64,000 nt of DNA, taken from assembly GCA_023245335.1 (NCBI GenBank), contig JAHFKK010000001.1, positions 235,282 to 299,281 of the forward strand. The letters run 5' to 3'. Shown here in pieces: positions 46,380 through 56,933 of this stretch. Each line of letters begins with the position of its first letter. Position 1 is the stretch's first letter. Origin of the DNA: Candidatus Gottesmanbacteria bacterium. Its GTDB lineage: Bacteria > Patescibacteriota > Microgenomatia > UBA10105 > UBA927. A program made the position numbers and the translations under genes. The notes under the pieces are model-generated. The model was not told the DNA's origin. It worked only from the letters and a program-made list of their open reading frames with translations, and made no database searches.

Positions 46380-48476
46380 ATGCACTCCGGAAAAATTGTG
46401 CGCGTGTCTCTCATCAGTTTTATCCTGCTGTTTCTTGAGCTCCTCTTTATACGCCTCGTCGGAACGGAAATACGGATATTTGCGTATGTGTCTAATCTTG
46501 TCTTATTGACAGTCTTCATCGGGTCCAGTGCGGGGATCTTTATCAAGCGCCGGTTGAGCCTCGAAAGTAGTGTGGTGTGCATGACACTCCTCACCGGCGG
46601 CATTGCCTTTCACGTATTTTCCGATATCACTACCTTGGTGGCGCCCTTTAGTGATAGTTTCATTTGGTATTCAAATACGACCGCGACCATGGTGCAAATA
46701 ACCTGGGGCATCACCCAAATACTGTTTCTGTTTTTCGTGATTTCTCTGGTATTCGCGCCGATCGGTCAATATCTCGGGGAAGTATTAAGTGGAAATAAAC
46801 ACCCCGTCATTTTCTATTCCATGAATTTGATTTTTTCCGTGATTGGCATGTGGGTTTTTTATCTTTTTTCATTCGTCAATATATCCCCATATGTCGGGAT
46901 ACTCGTCGCAGAACTTCTGATCATTGTGCTCATTCCTTCGGAAAAACGACGCACGTCACTCATTTTTGTAGGTATTACACTTCTTTGCGTCCTTGTTTCG
47001 ATGCCAAAAACCATAACGGTATGGTCGCCATACCAGAAGCTGAGTGTCGAAGCCGAGAAATACAACGATATCATGCCAAACCAAAAAACGATCAGCGTCA
47101 ACAACGTGGGATATATGAGCATTCTCGATCTCTCAAAGCAAAACACTGATCGTTATAAAATACAGCTGATAGCGCATAATATCGTTTCTCCAAGCGAAAT
47201 TAACTTTCAGAATCTGTACGACGTGCCGTATCTCCTAAAACCGGAGGCACGCGATGCATTGATCATCGGCGTCGGCGGCGGTAATGATGCCGCCGCGGCC
47301 CTTCGTGCGTCCGTCCGGCGGGTTGATGCGGTCGAAATAGATCCGCAGATTATAGCGCTTGGTACCCAATATCATCCGGAACACCCCTACACGGATAAGC
47401 GGGTACATATCGTCATAGATGACGGCCGCTCGTTTATCCGGAAATCCAAAGAAAGATACGATGTGATAGTCATGGGATTTGTCGATTCGCATACCACGAA
47501 TTCCACGATGACCAACATACAGCTCGATAACTATTTATATACGGTAGAGAGTTTTCGGGAAGTAAAAAATATTCTTAAAGCAGACGGTATTCTGTATCTG
47601 TTTATCGACGTGCCTCGTGTATGGATGGGAGAGCGTTTACAACAGACACTCACCGCGGCATTTGGTCAAAAACCGCTCGTTTTTTCTCTGGATTCGTATT
47701 TTTCCGGAGGTGGGACCGTTTTTATAGCGGGAAAAGACCAGAATAAACTACAGGAAGATGTATTACGGGTATCGGGACTCAAGCAATTTATCGATAAGCG
47801 AAAAATAAGTTACGATAATCGAACAAATATTTTGACCGACGATTGGCCATATCTGTATCTGAAAAATCAGCATGTCCCGATGCTGCATGTCATCATCGCG
47901 TGTGTACTATTGGCCGTATTTCTATTATTTGGGAAACGAATATCGTTGTATTCCCAATTCCACTGGACATCGTTTTTTTTGGGAGCCGGATTTCTTCTCT
48001 ACGAGTTTCAGAATATTACCAAAACGTCACTCTTGTTTGGGAATACGTGGATAACGAATTTGTATACTATTACCGGTATTCTTCTGTTGGCTCTGCTTGC
48101 CAATATGACGTATCTAAAACATCGCGTGCCCTTGTGGATTTCGTACGTGTTTCTGTTCCTTTCTTTCGTACTTGAAGTGGCTATTCCGACTTCGTATTTC
48201 AGTGCGTTGCCTTATGGATGGAGAGTGCTTGTGGCAATATTCTTTTTAAATGCGCCGTTATTTTTTTCCAGCCTCATTTTTATCTCGGTGTTTACCCGAT
48301 CAACAAATAGGAAATCCGTTCTTGCGAGTAACTTCCTGGGTTCTTTTGTTGGGGGAGTGTTGAGCTTTCTTTCGTATGCGTTCGGGTTGCACGCACTCCT
48401 TTTCGTCGGAATGATCCTGTATGGTTTATCGTTTCTTTTTCTGAATCGAACCATCACTCGCCGCTTTTCACCCTAG
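46380..48476 (+). CDS. spermidine-synthase-like polytopic membrane protein (paralog of 44084..45439)
   Basis: ALIIGVGGGNDAAAAL...VDAVEIDPQII...YDVIVMGFVDSHT; more than 12 TM. Start set to the first ATG (the track start is a GTG). Confidence 0.6.
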   Translation: MHSGKIVRVSLISFILLFLELLFIRLVGTEIRIFAYVSNLVLLTVFIGSSAGIFIKRRLSLESSVVCMTLLTGGIAFHVFSDITTLVAPFSDSFIWYSNTTATMVQITWGITQILFLFFVISLVFAPIGQYLGEVLSGNKHPVIFYSMNLIFSVIGMWVFYLFSFVNISPYVGILVAELLIIVLIPSEKRRTSLIFVGITLLCVLVSMPKTITVWSPYQKLSVEAEKYNDIMPNQKTISVNNVGYMSILDLSKQNTDRYKIQLIAHNIVSPSEINFQNLYDVPYLLKPEARDALIIGVGGGNDAAAALRASVRRVDAVEIDPQIIALGTQYHPEHPYTDKRVHIVIDDGRSFIRKSKERYDVIVMGFVDSHTTNSTMTNIQLDNYLYTVESFREVKNILKADGILYLFIDVPRVWMGERLQQTLTAAFGQKPLVFSLDSYFSGGGTVFIAGKDQNKLQEDVLRVSGLKQFIDKRKISYDNRTNILTDDWPYLYLKNQHVPMLHVIIACVLLAVFLLFGKRISLYSQFHWTSFFLGAGFLLYEFQNITKTSLLFGNTWITNLYTITGILLLALLANMTYLKHRVPLWISYVFLFLSFVLEVAIPTSYFSALPYGWRVLVAIFFLNAPLFFSSLIFISVFTRSTNRKSVLASNFLGSFVGGVLSFLSYAFGLHALLFVGMILYGLSFLFLNRTITRRFSP

Positions 48477-48607
48477 CATTATAAAGTAAGCTACGAGCCC
48501 TGGGGATTTTCCGGAGGCATACCAACTAAATCACGTAACAATCGCTACCGTATACATGCATCATGTTTTCCAATAACCATGAAGTGCAGATGCTGGGTTG
48601 GTCATGC

Positions 48608-48814
48608 TTAGATTTTTAGAAACTTAAGAGCTGCGTAGACCACAAATGCCGGCCAAACCATAGCTTTCAGAATTCCGAGCACGCCCACCCAAAACGTCGT
48701 AGCCTGTTGGATGAAATATATCGCGGCTCCGATAAGTCCTATGCCATATACAGCTCCGCAGCCTCCACCAGGAGGGCCGCACCTACCCTTCATCATTTGA
48801 ACGTCTTTTGCCAT
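48608..48814 (-). CDS. small Gly/Cys-rich membrane protein
   Basis: ATG preceded by GAAGGAGGAAAT. The track start is an upstream GTG. Confidence 0.5.
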   Translation of the reverse strand: MAKDVQMMKGRCGPPGGGCGAVYGIGLIGAAIYFIQQATTFWVGVLGILKAMVWPAFVVYAALKFLKI

Positions 48815-48923
48815 ATTTCCTCCTTCACCCACACTATATTGCGGCTTCTGGCGTAGGACAAGGAGATATCTTACAAATTCCGGGATTGAGGCGGCGTATA
48901 TAAACGCGATAACTTCTTCGTGG

Positions 48924-49295
48924 TCAGCGAGGTCCTACTAACTGCACGAGGTTGTCGTCAGCGTCATAAAGAGTGAGAACATATTTATCTGAAGTGGGGT
49001 CTTTGGATGGTGGACCGTGGAACTTTACGTGTTTTGACTTGAGTGTTTCGTAATTTGCGCTTACTGAATCAACCAAGAAATCCACCATATGCCGATGTAT
49101 ATCTTTATTCTTACCTTTAATTTTAGAGTGTTGTCCGATCCATAAACCAACAGGTCCCGATACGAGCAACACGCCCGTGTCGTTGGGATGGTTATATTCC
49201 TTAACGGATTCAAATCCAAGATTTTCTATGTACCAATCAGCGAGCTTCCGGTAGTCAGAGGACCAGATAAGTACATTATTAATTCTTTTAATCAT
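48924..49295 (-). CDS. VOC-family protein
   Basis: Glyoxalase-fold layout. Start at the ATG (MIKRINN), with a TATAAT 7 nt upstream; the track start is a TTG. Confidence 0.55.
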   Translation of the reverse strand: MIKRINNVLIWSSDYRKLADWYIENLGFESVKEYNHPNDTGVLLVSGPVGLWIGQHSKIKGKNKDIHRHMVDFLVDSVSANYETLKSKHVKFHGPPSKDPTSDKYVLTLYDADDNLVQLVGPR

Positions 49296-49446
49296 GGCTT
49301 TAATTATAGCAGACGGCGATATCGTCAAACTCTGGTCTGTCGGCTTTATCGTTGCGTTTCTCGCGTATTCCTGGGGTATCTATTCCTCTATAAGTTAGGT
49401 AACGGTGCATTGCCTTGCTTCCCGTGGGTAATGACGAACGTAATTT

Positions 49447-49935
49447 TCAGCTCACCGCTTTTTTCACGAGTTCGGCGATTTTTGCCTCTGTGGATGGAGT
49501 CAACGCTTTGAGTGCGTAGGCGGCAGGCCACATATTTCCCTCATCCAGGTGCGCCTTGTCACTAAAGCCTAAAGTCGCGTATCTGGTTTTGAATTTGTGT
49601 GCATCCTGAAAAAAACAGATAGTCTTATCATCTTTGGCATATGCCGGCATCCCGTACCAGAGTTTGGGCGTAAGCATCGGCGCACTAGCTTTGATGATCG
49701 CATGGACACGCTTGGCCATCTCGCGGTCCGGTCCCTGCATGGTTTCGATTTTGGCAAGTACGGTGCTTTCGCCGTCGCCTTTATCAGCCTGAAGCTCCCG
49801 TGCGCGTTCCCGCATTGCCGCCCGTTCTTCGTCGGTAAACCCATGAGCTTTCTTGGTAGTAGACTTCGTAAAAATATCCTTTCTACTGCAATTATATGTT
49901 TCGTTGGATCTATTACAATTTAATACTTTAATCAA
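49447..49935 (-). CDS. DUF1801 (YdhG-like) domain protein
   Basis: [17 protein letters not shown]...WYGMPAY pattern. The start is unclear; no in-frame ATG occurs before the conserved part. Confidence 0.45.
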   Translation of the reverse strand: MIKVLNCNRSNETYNCSRKDIFTKSTTKKAHGFTDEERAAMRERARELQADKGDGESTVLAKIETMQGPDREMAKRVHAIIKASAPMLTPKLWYGMPAYAKDDKTICFFQDAHKFKTRYATLGFSDKAHLDEGNMWPAAYALKALTPSTEAKIAELVKKAVS

Positions 49936-50446
49936 TCACTAGAACTTGGTTTACTGCATTGGCGGATTCAAGTTTTACGCATTGATCTCCCGCGCCTGCA
50001 ACCACCCATACATGTCCCACCCAGGTGCCTTGGTCATATTTACTATGCGCCTTTACAGTACGGTAATATTTGCGATTTCCATTAAAATCAATCCAATATA
50101 CCTTCAAATCCGCTGCCGTTTGGTTGTCAAACGTTATAGTGGCGGCGTTGAAGCTGCTGGGGGATTTGATGTGCCCTTCTTGCGGGCACCCGGACTCTGT
50201 CGGCTCATTTCTCAACAATTGGGCTATAGTAGGTTGGGGAGCGTTTTCCGGTGCGGGTGTGCTTGTGATGTTCGGAGTAGGACGACTAATCGTGTATTGA
50301 GACGCCACCGGAGGTTTACTATTTACATTATGCCCATTGAATAACGTAGCCAAAATAGAAAACAGAAACGCAAGTATTTTCATAGGGATGTATAGACAGT
50401 GATCAATTGAGGTGATTATACATCCTTTGTATTCTATCGTACACAT
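49928..50446 (-). CDS. hypothetical secreted protein
   Basis: An internal [15 protein letters not shown] signal peptide suggests the real start is the ATG at 50383. Confidence 0.45.
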   Translation of the reverse strand: MCTIEYKGCIITSIDHCLYIPMKILAFLFSILATLFNGHNVNSKPPVASQYTISRPTPNITSTPAPENAPQPTIAQLLRNEPTESGCPQEGHIKSPSSFNAATITFDNQTAADLKVYWIDFNGNRKYYRTVKAHSKYDQGTWVGHVWVVAGAGDQCVKLESANAVNQVLVID

Positions 50447-50515
50447 TCTCTATATAAATCCACCTAATGGTACGTTGACTCCAACTCACAAAAAATAGGA
50501 GTCTATTTTTTAGTG

Positions 50516-50821
50516 TTATTTGAGAATCCCTGAAAAAAGTAAAGTAAAAACGAGGACTGTAATCCCTGCAAAAACAGCAACCGTTTGCAGGAAGAGATGT
50601 ATTGCTTGTTTCTTTTTGCCATCGAAATACAACTGAAGCGGCTGATAGAGAAAAAGGTATCCCATAACGGCAGCAGAGAGTGTAAATAGTGAAACGATCG
50701 CAATCGGGACAAGAACAGAATTCACGCCAACTCGATGCTCCGTTCCATAAAACATCAATGAGGCAACGGCCGTGATATATAGAGTTGCTGCAAATGCGTT
50801 GACAAATGGATTTTTTGTCAT
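50516..50821 (-). CDS. hypothetical small membrane protein (3 TM)
   Basis: ATG start, three hydrophobic helices, no recognisable motif. Confidence 0.45.
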   Translation of the reverse strand: MTKNPFVNAFAATLYITAVASLMFYGTEHRVGVNSVLVPIAIVSLFTLSAAVMGYLFLYQPLQLYFDGKKKQAIHLFLQTVAVFAGITVLVFTLLFSGILK

Positions 50822-50881
50822 CTTTAAGTTGAATATAACATTTCCAGTATCGTGCTTGCTTTCTGAGACGATTTTAGAGCC

Positions 50882-51370
50882 TCACTTCTTTTGACTATAA
50901 AATAATCCTTCAATGTGTTGTAAATCGTTTTTAGGTTCCCGATCGCTTGTGCTTTCAATAATCTCTCCTTTTTCTTTGTCTTCAAATACTATTACCCATT
51001 TACTTCCGTGCTTATTGTACGTACAACCGGGAAAAAGCACATGGTGGTGCCAGTAAATTCCTTTACTTGATAATTCTTTTGCTCGTTCAAGCAACTTACC
51101 AACTTGCTCCGAGGGGGGATTCAGTTTTTCTTCAGTTTCATCTCGTACTACATCAGCCCCATGTAACAAGACAACCAATTCTTTACCAATGTCCATATAG
51201 GGTTCATCGGAATAGACGACATAAAATTGATTATCAGTTACATTTTCTAAGATTAAAGCATATTTAGCGGATTCATTTAACTGACATTCGGGAGTTAAAA
51301 TATGAAAATGCCATTTTTTCTTATTGGCGGAAAACTGTTTTGCTAACGTTTTAATTTCGTCAATAGTCAT
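50882..51370 (-). CDS. hypothetical protein with two WHxH-containing repeats
   Basis: KKWHFHILTPECQ...YALILE / IYWHHHVLFPGCT...WVIVFE. Confidence 0.45.
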   Translation of the reverse strand: MTIDEIKTLAKQFSANKKKWHFHILTPECQLNESAKYALILENVTDNQFYVVYSDEPYMDIGKELVVLLHGADVVRDETEEKLNPPSEQVGKLLERAKELSSKGIYWHHHVLFPGCTYNKHGSKWVIVFEDKEKGEIIESTSDREPKNDLQHIEGLFYSQKK

Positions 51371-51779
51371 GGAGTTATTATAACATCATTAAAATAGCAC
51401 CTCAGAACGGGCTAAACTGTGATCTCCCCGTACCTCAGATTACTATATTGGTAAATTCCGATCAATTCAGCCGGATAATACAGGCTTTCTCTGACATACG
51501 GTATATCGGTGAATTGAGGCAACGATGGGAGAAAATTAAAAGGCTCTCTTTTTTTCAAAACGGGCTTTCTAGCGTATAATATACTTGGATGTATAGAAAT
51601 AGTTATTCTGGTAAGGTTTTTGTCTTCGTCAGGCATCTTTCCGATGTCTGACTTGTCACGCCATCATTTCCAATACTTCGATAGGCACTAAGCACCGCAA
51701 TCATTGTCCGCTGTGTTTATGGTCTAAACACCTCGATCTTAATATCCCAGGAGATAGAAGGTCATCTTGCGGTGCAAGA

Positions 51780-52076
51780 ATGCAGCCAATAGGCTTAACT
51801 CTCAAAAATATTAAAGAGAACTATTTTACAGGGAGAACCAGCGGTGAATTAATGATCGTTCATTTGTGCGTACATTGTGGCAGAATCTCAAGCAATAGGA
51901 TCGCAGGAGATGATAATCCTCATGTCTTGATATCCCTACTTGAAGAATCGAGTACGGTAAATACCGAAACAATAACCAGGTTACATAATCTGGATATCAC
52001 GTTGTTGACTCAAGAAGACAGGCAAAAGGTCTTAACCGCTCTTTGTGGTTATGGCTATCAAGGGTGTTGGAAATAA
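51780..52076 (+). CDS. hypothetical Cys-containing small protein
   Basis: CVHCG...CGYGYQGC. Confidence 0.4.
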   Translation: MQPIGLTLKNIKENYFTGRTSGELMIVHLCVHCGRISSNRIAGDDNPHVLISLLEESSTVNTETITRLHNLDITLLTQEDRQKVLTALCGYGYQGCWK

Positions 52077-52112
52077 GGATTTAACAAATTCCGAAGAAGT
52101 CGTGGAATTTGC

Positions 52113-52184
52113 TCCCCCGGCTGGATTCGGACCAGCAACCTTCTTCTTAACAGGAAGCCGCTCTACCGTTGAGCTACAGGGGAA
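52113..52184 (-). tRNA. tRNA-Asn (anticodon GUU), CCA not encoded
   Basis: Minus-strand cloverleaf: acceptor TCCCCTG/CGGGGGA, D arm GCTC..GAGC, anticodon loop CTGTTAA, T arm GCTGG-TCCGAAT-CCAGC (A.G at 27-43). Confidence 0.7.
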
Positions 52185-52391
52185 TGAGCTATTAAATTTT
52201 TAAGACCAGCCGTTATTCATCGCATTCTCTTGAGCTATCCTCCTTCGTTCCTCGTTAAACTCGGAACTACGGCGGGACAGGCAGGGGAATGTTAAGATCG
52301 AGGCTATTATATCATGAAAATAGGTTATCTACCGTACTTTAGATACGGGCATAGATGTGTTAGTGTGAAATGAGAAAGCGAGGTGAGACGA

Positions 52392-52844
52392 ATGAGTGCA
52401 TGGATGAAAAAGTTACATTGGAACAAAGTATTTATTGCAGGACTCGGATACCTGATCATTTCGACCGTACTGCAGCAGGTAGAGGTCATGTTCACGATGA
52501 AGTATTACCAGGATCCCGCTCTCGTAGGAATCTGGAGTAAGCTCATGATGCCGGTGGCTGGTCCGCCACCGCTCGCGTTTTTTGCGATATCCCTCCTTTT
52601 TAGCTACGCGACCGGATGCACGCTTGCCGCCGTCTTTGAGTTTATGTCGCCGCTTTTCGGCAAGGGATATTGGGGGAAAGTCATCGGATTTACCGACATC
52701 ATGGTCGGACTCGCAATCGTGTTTTCGTATTTCCCGATGTATCTACTTCTCAATATACCGGCAATACTTCTGGTGTGGTGGCTGGTTGCGAGTGCAGTAT
52801 CGATACTTCTGACGTCAATCGTGTTTGCGAAGATGATGAAGTAG
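52392..52844 (+). CDS. hypothetical membrane protein
   Basis: ATG 5 nt after an AGGTGA SD. The track start is an upstream GTG. Confidence 0.5.
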   Translation: MSAWMKKLHWNKVFIAGLGYLIISTVLQQVEVMFTMKYYQDPALVGIWSKLMMPVAGPPPLAFFAISLLFSYATGCTLAAVFEFMSPLFGKGYWGKVIGFTDIMVGLAIVFSYFPMYLLLNIPAILLVWWLVASAVSILLTSIVFAKMMK

Positions 52845-52863
52845 ATTTGGTATCATTAAACAC

Positions 52864-53625
52864 ATGATGGATAGTACCGCCATATTTGTCGGCGTATTGT
52901 CGTTATTGCCGTTTCTCGTATTACTTTTTCGTGGAAAGTATATTTATTTTGAGATATTTGCGTTGTTTGCGATCGTCGTACACGGGATATTTTTTTACGG
53001 GCCCAACATACTTTACTTCCTCGTACTCACCTACATCGTAAGTACGGCCGCGGAACTCACGAGTCTCAAGACGCCCATTTATTGTTTCGGTGTCAAATAC
53101 AGATACAACCTTAATCACCCATATTTTTCTTCGAGAGTGCGGCTCTTAGGAGTGTATCCCTTGGAAATATCGTTGGGATGGGTGATCCTCAAGTATTTAT
53201 CATTTAACCTCACGATGATCATGTCGTCAGCATTCGGATTGCCTATTTATGTGAAGATCTTTCTCGTGCCGATGGTATTGGTGTCGCTGGATTTCATTTT
53301 CGATCCGGTTGACGTTCATGTCCGTAAGCTTTGGAAGTGGGAGAAGGGAAGTGCGTATTTTGATATTCCGCTGCGGAATTTCCTCGCGTGGTATCTGGTC
53401 GGTTTCGTCGCGTCTGTCCCGCTTCTCTGGGTTGGTTTACGCAATCCATTGACCTTTCATTATTTACTTATATTGCCGATTATTTTTTATGCGGTTTTAC
53501 TCGACAATATCCGGTTGCTGCTGAAGCTGGATTTGTATAAAGGAATACTGGGTGCTTTGCCGGCTGTGTGCTGGGTGGCCTTAAGTACAGTGGGGTTATA
53601 CATCTTATATCTTCGGCAGGGATAA
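52864..53625 (+). CDS. hypothetical polytopic membrane protein
   Basis: ATG start, multiple hydrophobic helices, no recognisable motif. Confidence 0.45.
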   Translation: MMDSTAIFVGVLSLLPFLVLLFRGKYIYFEIFALFAIVVHGIFFYGPNILYFLVLTYIVSTAAELTSLKTPIYCFGVKYRYNLNHPYFSSRVRLLGVYPLEISLGWVILKYLSFNLTMIMSSAFGLPIYVKIFLVPMVLVSLDFIFDPVDVHVRKLWKWEKGSAYFDIPLRNFLAWYLVGFVASVPLLWVGLRNPLTFHYLLILPIIFYAVLLDNIRLLLKLDLYKGILGALPAVCWVALSTVGLYILYLRQG

Positions 53626-53629
53626 GAGT

Positions 53630-55249
53630 TTAGTTTCCGGTGGAGCGCGAAGTTTTTTGATATATGGAGACCACCGGATGATCAAATACGGTCCAGGTTT
53701 CCTCTGCCTGTTCGTCGTTTATAGTAAGCGGTCCGAGTTGGGGATAGGACGTGAACGTAGCCACTTTGGTAAATCCCAGTTTACCGGAATCGAGATCCCG
53801 GTAAAATTCATCAGTCTTTTGGAATCCAGCTCCCATGCGACGGATCGTATTTCTGACCTTCGGGCTTTCGATGATGATGTAATTACTTTTTGCCAATGCG
53901 TCAGCTATGACTGTTGATTTGTCGGGTGATTCGGACAGGTAGAAATTAATAGGTATCAGTGCGTAGTTATTTACTTGGAGTGCGGGGCGGTCGAAGTTTA
54001 TGATGCCGTTCCAGCTCTCGAGAAGGATCGTCGCGTGCGGTGGCACATGTGAAGCGATCCAGTCGCTTGCGACTACACTCGTGTGGGGAGTAAGGTAGAC
54101 ATGAAAAAACATAATGCCCCAAATGGTATGAACGAGAAGTACTGCCGCAACCAGTATTTTCCCCGGAAATGATTTCCAAAGTGACGCCAAAAGGATTGCC
54201 GTGAGGAGTGCATAAACCGGGACGAGAGGAGCATCGTAGCGGATGAATTTGAGATATGTGAACGCCAAAAAGATGCTGAATCCTATAGTCCAAAAGGAGA
54301 CGAGTATGAGTGGGAAGTTGCGGTTTGAGCGGTGCCAGAACGAGCGATGACTGAAAATGGTAGCTATACCGATAGGCCCTATGATCGCAAGCGGACCCAG
54401 AGCCGCGATCAGGTTCTCAAACCAAAACAGAGGCGTCGTATGCTGAAACTGCGCGGACCACTCGTATAGAATCGTACCGTTGACGATTTCCGCAATTTCC
54501 CTCGACCGCGAGATGTAGTTGCCTATATCGAGAAACGAGTACGGCGACCCCACGAAGAACATGCCGATCCCGAATCCTGCAAATATGAGAAGAGGAGTCA
54601 GCTTCTTTTGTGCCGATCCTTTAGAAAGCATGATGGCCATAAGCGGTAAAGGTAGGAAGAAATATGCGGTATTTTTTGTCGCAAGCGCGAGTCCAGCCGC
54701 CCCCGCCATACATGCGATAAATCGCAGTCGCCGTGTGTACCAGTAGAGCGCGATCATGTGGAGCTCAAGAAGAAGGAGAAATACTAGAATCGTATCAGTG
54801 GTGTAGAAATGGGCAAGCTGTATGAGGAGAGGGGTGAACGTGATACCGAAGGCCGCGATAAGACCGACAGTAGGACCTACAAAGATTGAGCCGACTGCAT
54901 ACACAAGCGGGATACTAAACGTTGCGAGCGACGCTGAAATGAACCTGCCGACAAGCGTCATCCCTTCGGGAGTCGTCAGCCATGCCGTATGTCCGGTAAG
55001 CGTCGCGACGAGTGCCGCCGTCGCCCGAAGAAGATATATAGAGAATCCGTTGTAATCATGGAATCCCGGAAACATGTGGGAGAAGAATCGTATAGTTTGG
55101 GCGCCTTTTACGATGAATGCTTCATCAGGGTGAAGCATCCCGCCCAAGTCCCAATTAAGGTTCGTAAATCGGAGTGTCGCGCCGATAAGCGTGAGTAGCC
55201 CGACAAATATCATAGGAAAAGCGATGCGACGAAAAGGCCTGTACCACAT
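53630..55249 (-). CDS. GT39/ArnT-PMT-like polytopic membrane glycosyltransferase
   Basis: MLHPDEAF loop-1 motif and about 12 TM. Confidence 0.55.
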   Translation of the reverse strand: MWYRPFRRIAFPMIFVGLLTLIGATLRFTNLNWDLGGMLHPDEAFIVKGAQTIRFFSHMFPGFHDYNGFSIYLLRATAALVATLTGHTAWLTTPEGMTLVGRFISASLATFSIPLVYAVGSIFVGPTVGLIAAFGITFTPLLIQLAHFYTTDTILVFLLLLELHMIALYWYTRRLRFIACMAGAAGLALATKNTAYFFLPLPLMAIMLSKGSAQKKLTPLLIFAGFGIGMFFVGSPYSFLDIGNYISRSREIAEIVNGTILYEWSAQFQHTTPLFWFENLIAALGPLAIIGPIGIATIFSHRSFWHRSNRNFPLILVSFWTIGFSIFLAFTYLKFIRYDAPLVPVYALLTAILLASLWKSFPGKILVAAVLLVHTIWGIMFFHVYLTPHTSVVASDWIASHVPPHATILLESWNGIINFDRPALQVNNYALIPINFYLSESPDKSTVIADALAKSNYIIIESPKVRNTIRRMGAGFQKTDEFYRDLDSGKLGFTKVATFTSYPQLGPLTINDEQAEETWTVFDHPVVSIYQKTSRSTGN

Positions 55250-56928
55250 AGACTCATCACCATACCAACGACTTCGATCGTAGTATAGCTGAAATTGAGA
55301 TGAACGGAATGTAATCCATTTGGTATCGAAAGAACGATTCGTCCGTATCGGTCATGCCCAACCGGCAGGGAATTGCCATCGAGGGTTGCGCGCCAAGAGG
55401 GGTAGTATAGCGTGCTTATGGTGAGCGGGAGATTCCTGTTCGCTTGGATGGTCGCAGAGAGCGATTCTTGTTTGATAGATTGCGCGACGATAGTACCTGC
55501 GCCTTCGGGAACGATAAATTTTTTCGGTAAGACACCGTTCGTGAGATATGCGTGCTCTTCGTTCACGAGAAATCCTATGTCGGCAGTTTTCGGCAGGAAC
55601 TCCGCAGTACCCATGGTTTTGAGAGTCGGTACGGCGTATCCAAGCATTTGGGGCCGGGAAAAATATAATGCGGGGAACGGAAAAATCTCGAGATACGGAT
55701 GCGTAAACGGATATCCGAAAATGACGGCAAGTGCGATGATGCATACGCCCGCAATTATAGATTTCCGAAATAGGAAACCCGTGAGTAAACTGCCGCTAAA
55801 CGTCGCGAGAAATAGAAACCGATAGGGATACAACACATACTGGAGAGGTCGAAATGCATAGAATATGTCAGAAAGAGGATCGACAAAAAAGAGTGACAAT
55901 CCAAGAATGGCCCAAATGGCCCAACCGATTTGGCGTACAGTCTTTTTCGTTTTTGACAAGAGAAGCATAATTGCGCTCACTCCGAAGACGCCGATGATGG
56001 GAACGCCCGCAGTGAATTCCTTATATCCTATGTGTGCACCGAAAAGGACGGTGTACGACGTACGGATTTCCTGGACGAGAGGAATCATATAGTCCCTCCG
56101 TAGTGCAATTTCTTTCGTCAGAAGCGCCGGTATTTTTATCGTACCGGTCAACGTGACCGCGGGGAGGAGGAAAAATCCGGAAGTCATGACCACCGAAACC
56201 GCAATACGCACTAACATCCAGAATGCGTCACTGTCCCTTTTACTTAAAAGAAACGCGATCAGGAGTATGACGGGAGACATGATGAATGAGGAGATATTAT
56301 GCGTGAGGATAAAGAGCACCCAGCCAAAAACAGTGGCAGCATACCAGATATTTCTGATGCGACGGTTCGTGACCGGTGTGTGAAGAGTTTCATAGAGAAG
56401 GCGGAGGATAAGCGGCGCGAAGACAAATGCGAGCATTTCTCCCCACCCTTCATATGAATAGACCGTTATGAGATGGTATGGCGCAAACGTATAGACTATT
56501 GCAGCAACGACTCCGGCCCATCGTCCCCAGAGACGGGAAACAAGAAGATACATCGTAATAGCAGAGAGGAGGATGGTGACCGCCGCATAAATTTGTGACG
56601 AGGTTTGTATGGAAAATCCCAACCGATATATGGCGTCCACGAGATAATACGGGACTGAATAGTTGAAGATATAAAGCGGCGCCCCGTATCCCAATACGGC
56701 GTCGCCGATCCATCGGGGTCGGATAATGCCTTCCGTGAGCGCCTTGTCGAAATTGACGAGCCGGTATTTATGGGCAAGTCCGTCCGCCGTACCGACGAGG
56801 TAGGGAGTAAATATCGGACGGACCGCAAGAAACAGAAGGAGAAACGCAGAAAGAAGTATGAGTATGGGGCAAAACCATTTTCTCACGGACTCAAAATATG
56901 ATAGGCTCTCGGTGTATAGGGACTTCAT
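55210..56928 (-). CDS. YfhO-like polytopic membrane glycosyltransferase (paralog of 8328..10007)
   Basis: C-terminal LYYPSWRATLDGNSLP block and a terminal TM. A 40-nt overlap with the downstream gene. Confidence 0.5.
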   Translation of the reverse strand: MKSLYTESLSYFESVRKWFCPILILLSAFLLLFLAVRPIFTPYLVGTADGLAHKYRLVNFDKALTEGIIRPRWIGDAVLGYGAPLYIFNYSVPYYLVDAIYRLGFSIQTSSQIYAAVTILLSAITMYLLVSRLWGRWAGVVAAIVYTFAPYHLITVYSYEGWGEMLAFVFAPLILRLLYETLHTPVTNRRIRNIWYAATVFGWVLFILTHNISSFIMSPVILLIAFLLSKRDSDAFWMLVRIAVSVVMTSGFFLLPAVTLTGTIKIPALLTKEIALRRDYMIPLVQEIRTSYTVLFGAHIGYKEFTAGVPIIGVFGVSAIMLLLSKTKKTVRQIGWAIWAILGLSLFFVDPLSDIFYAFRPLQYVLYPYRFLFLATFSGSLLTGFLFRKSIIAGVCIIALAVIFGYPFTHPYLEIFPFPALYFSRPQMLGYAVPTLKTMGTAEFLPKTADIGFLVNEEHAYLTNGVLPKKFIVPEGAGTIVAQSIKQESLSATIQANRNLPLTISTLYYPSWRATLDGNSLPVGHDRYGRIVLSIPNGLHSVHLNFSYTTIEVVGMVMSLCGTGLFVASLFL

Positions 56929-56933
56929 TCTTC

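Noticed and set aside
52185-52391. The 200-nt non-coding stretch after tRNA-Asn was checked for RNase P RNA, tmRNA, SRP or 6S RNA signatures.
   Set aside because: None of the conserved blocks (GGAAAGUCCGG, tRNA-like tmRNA ends, SRP GGAA tetraloop helix) could be found by eye. It is left unannotated.
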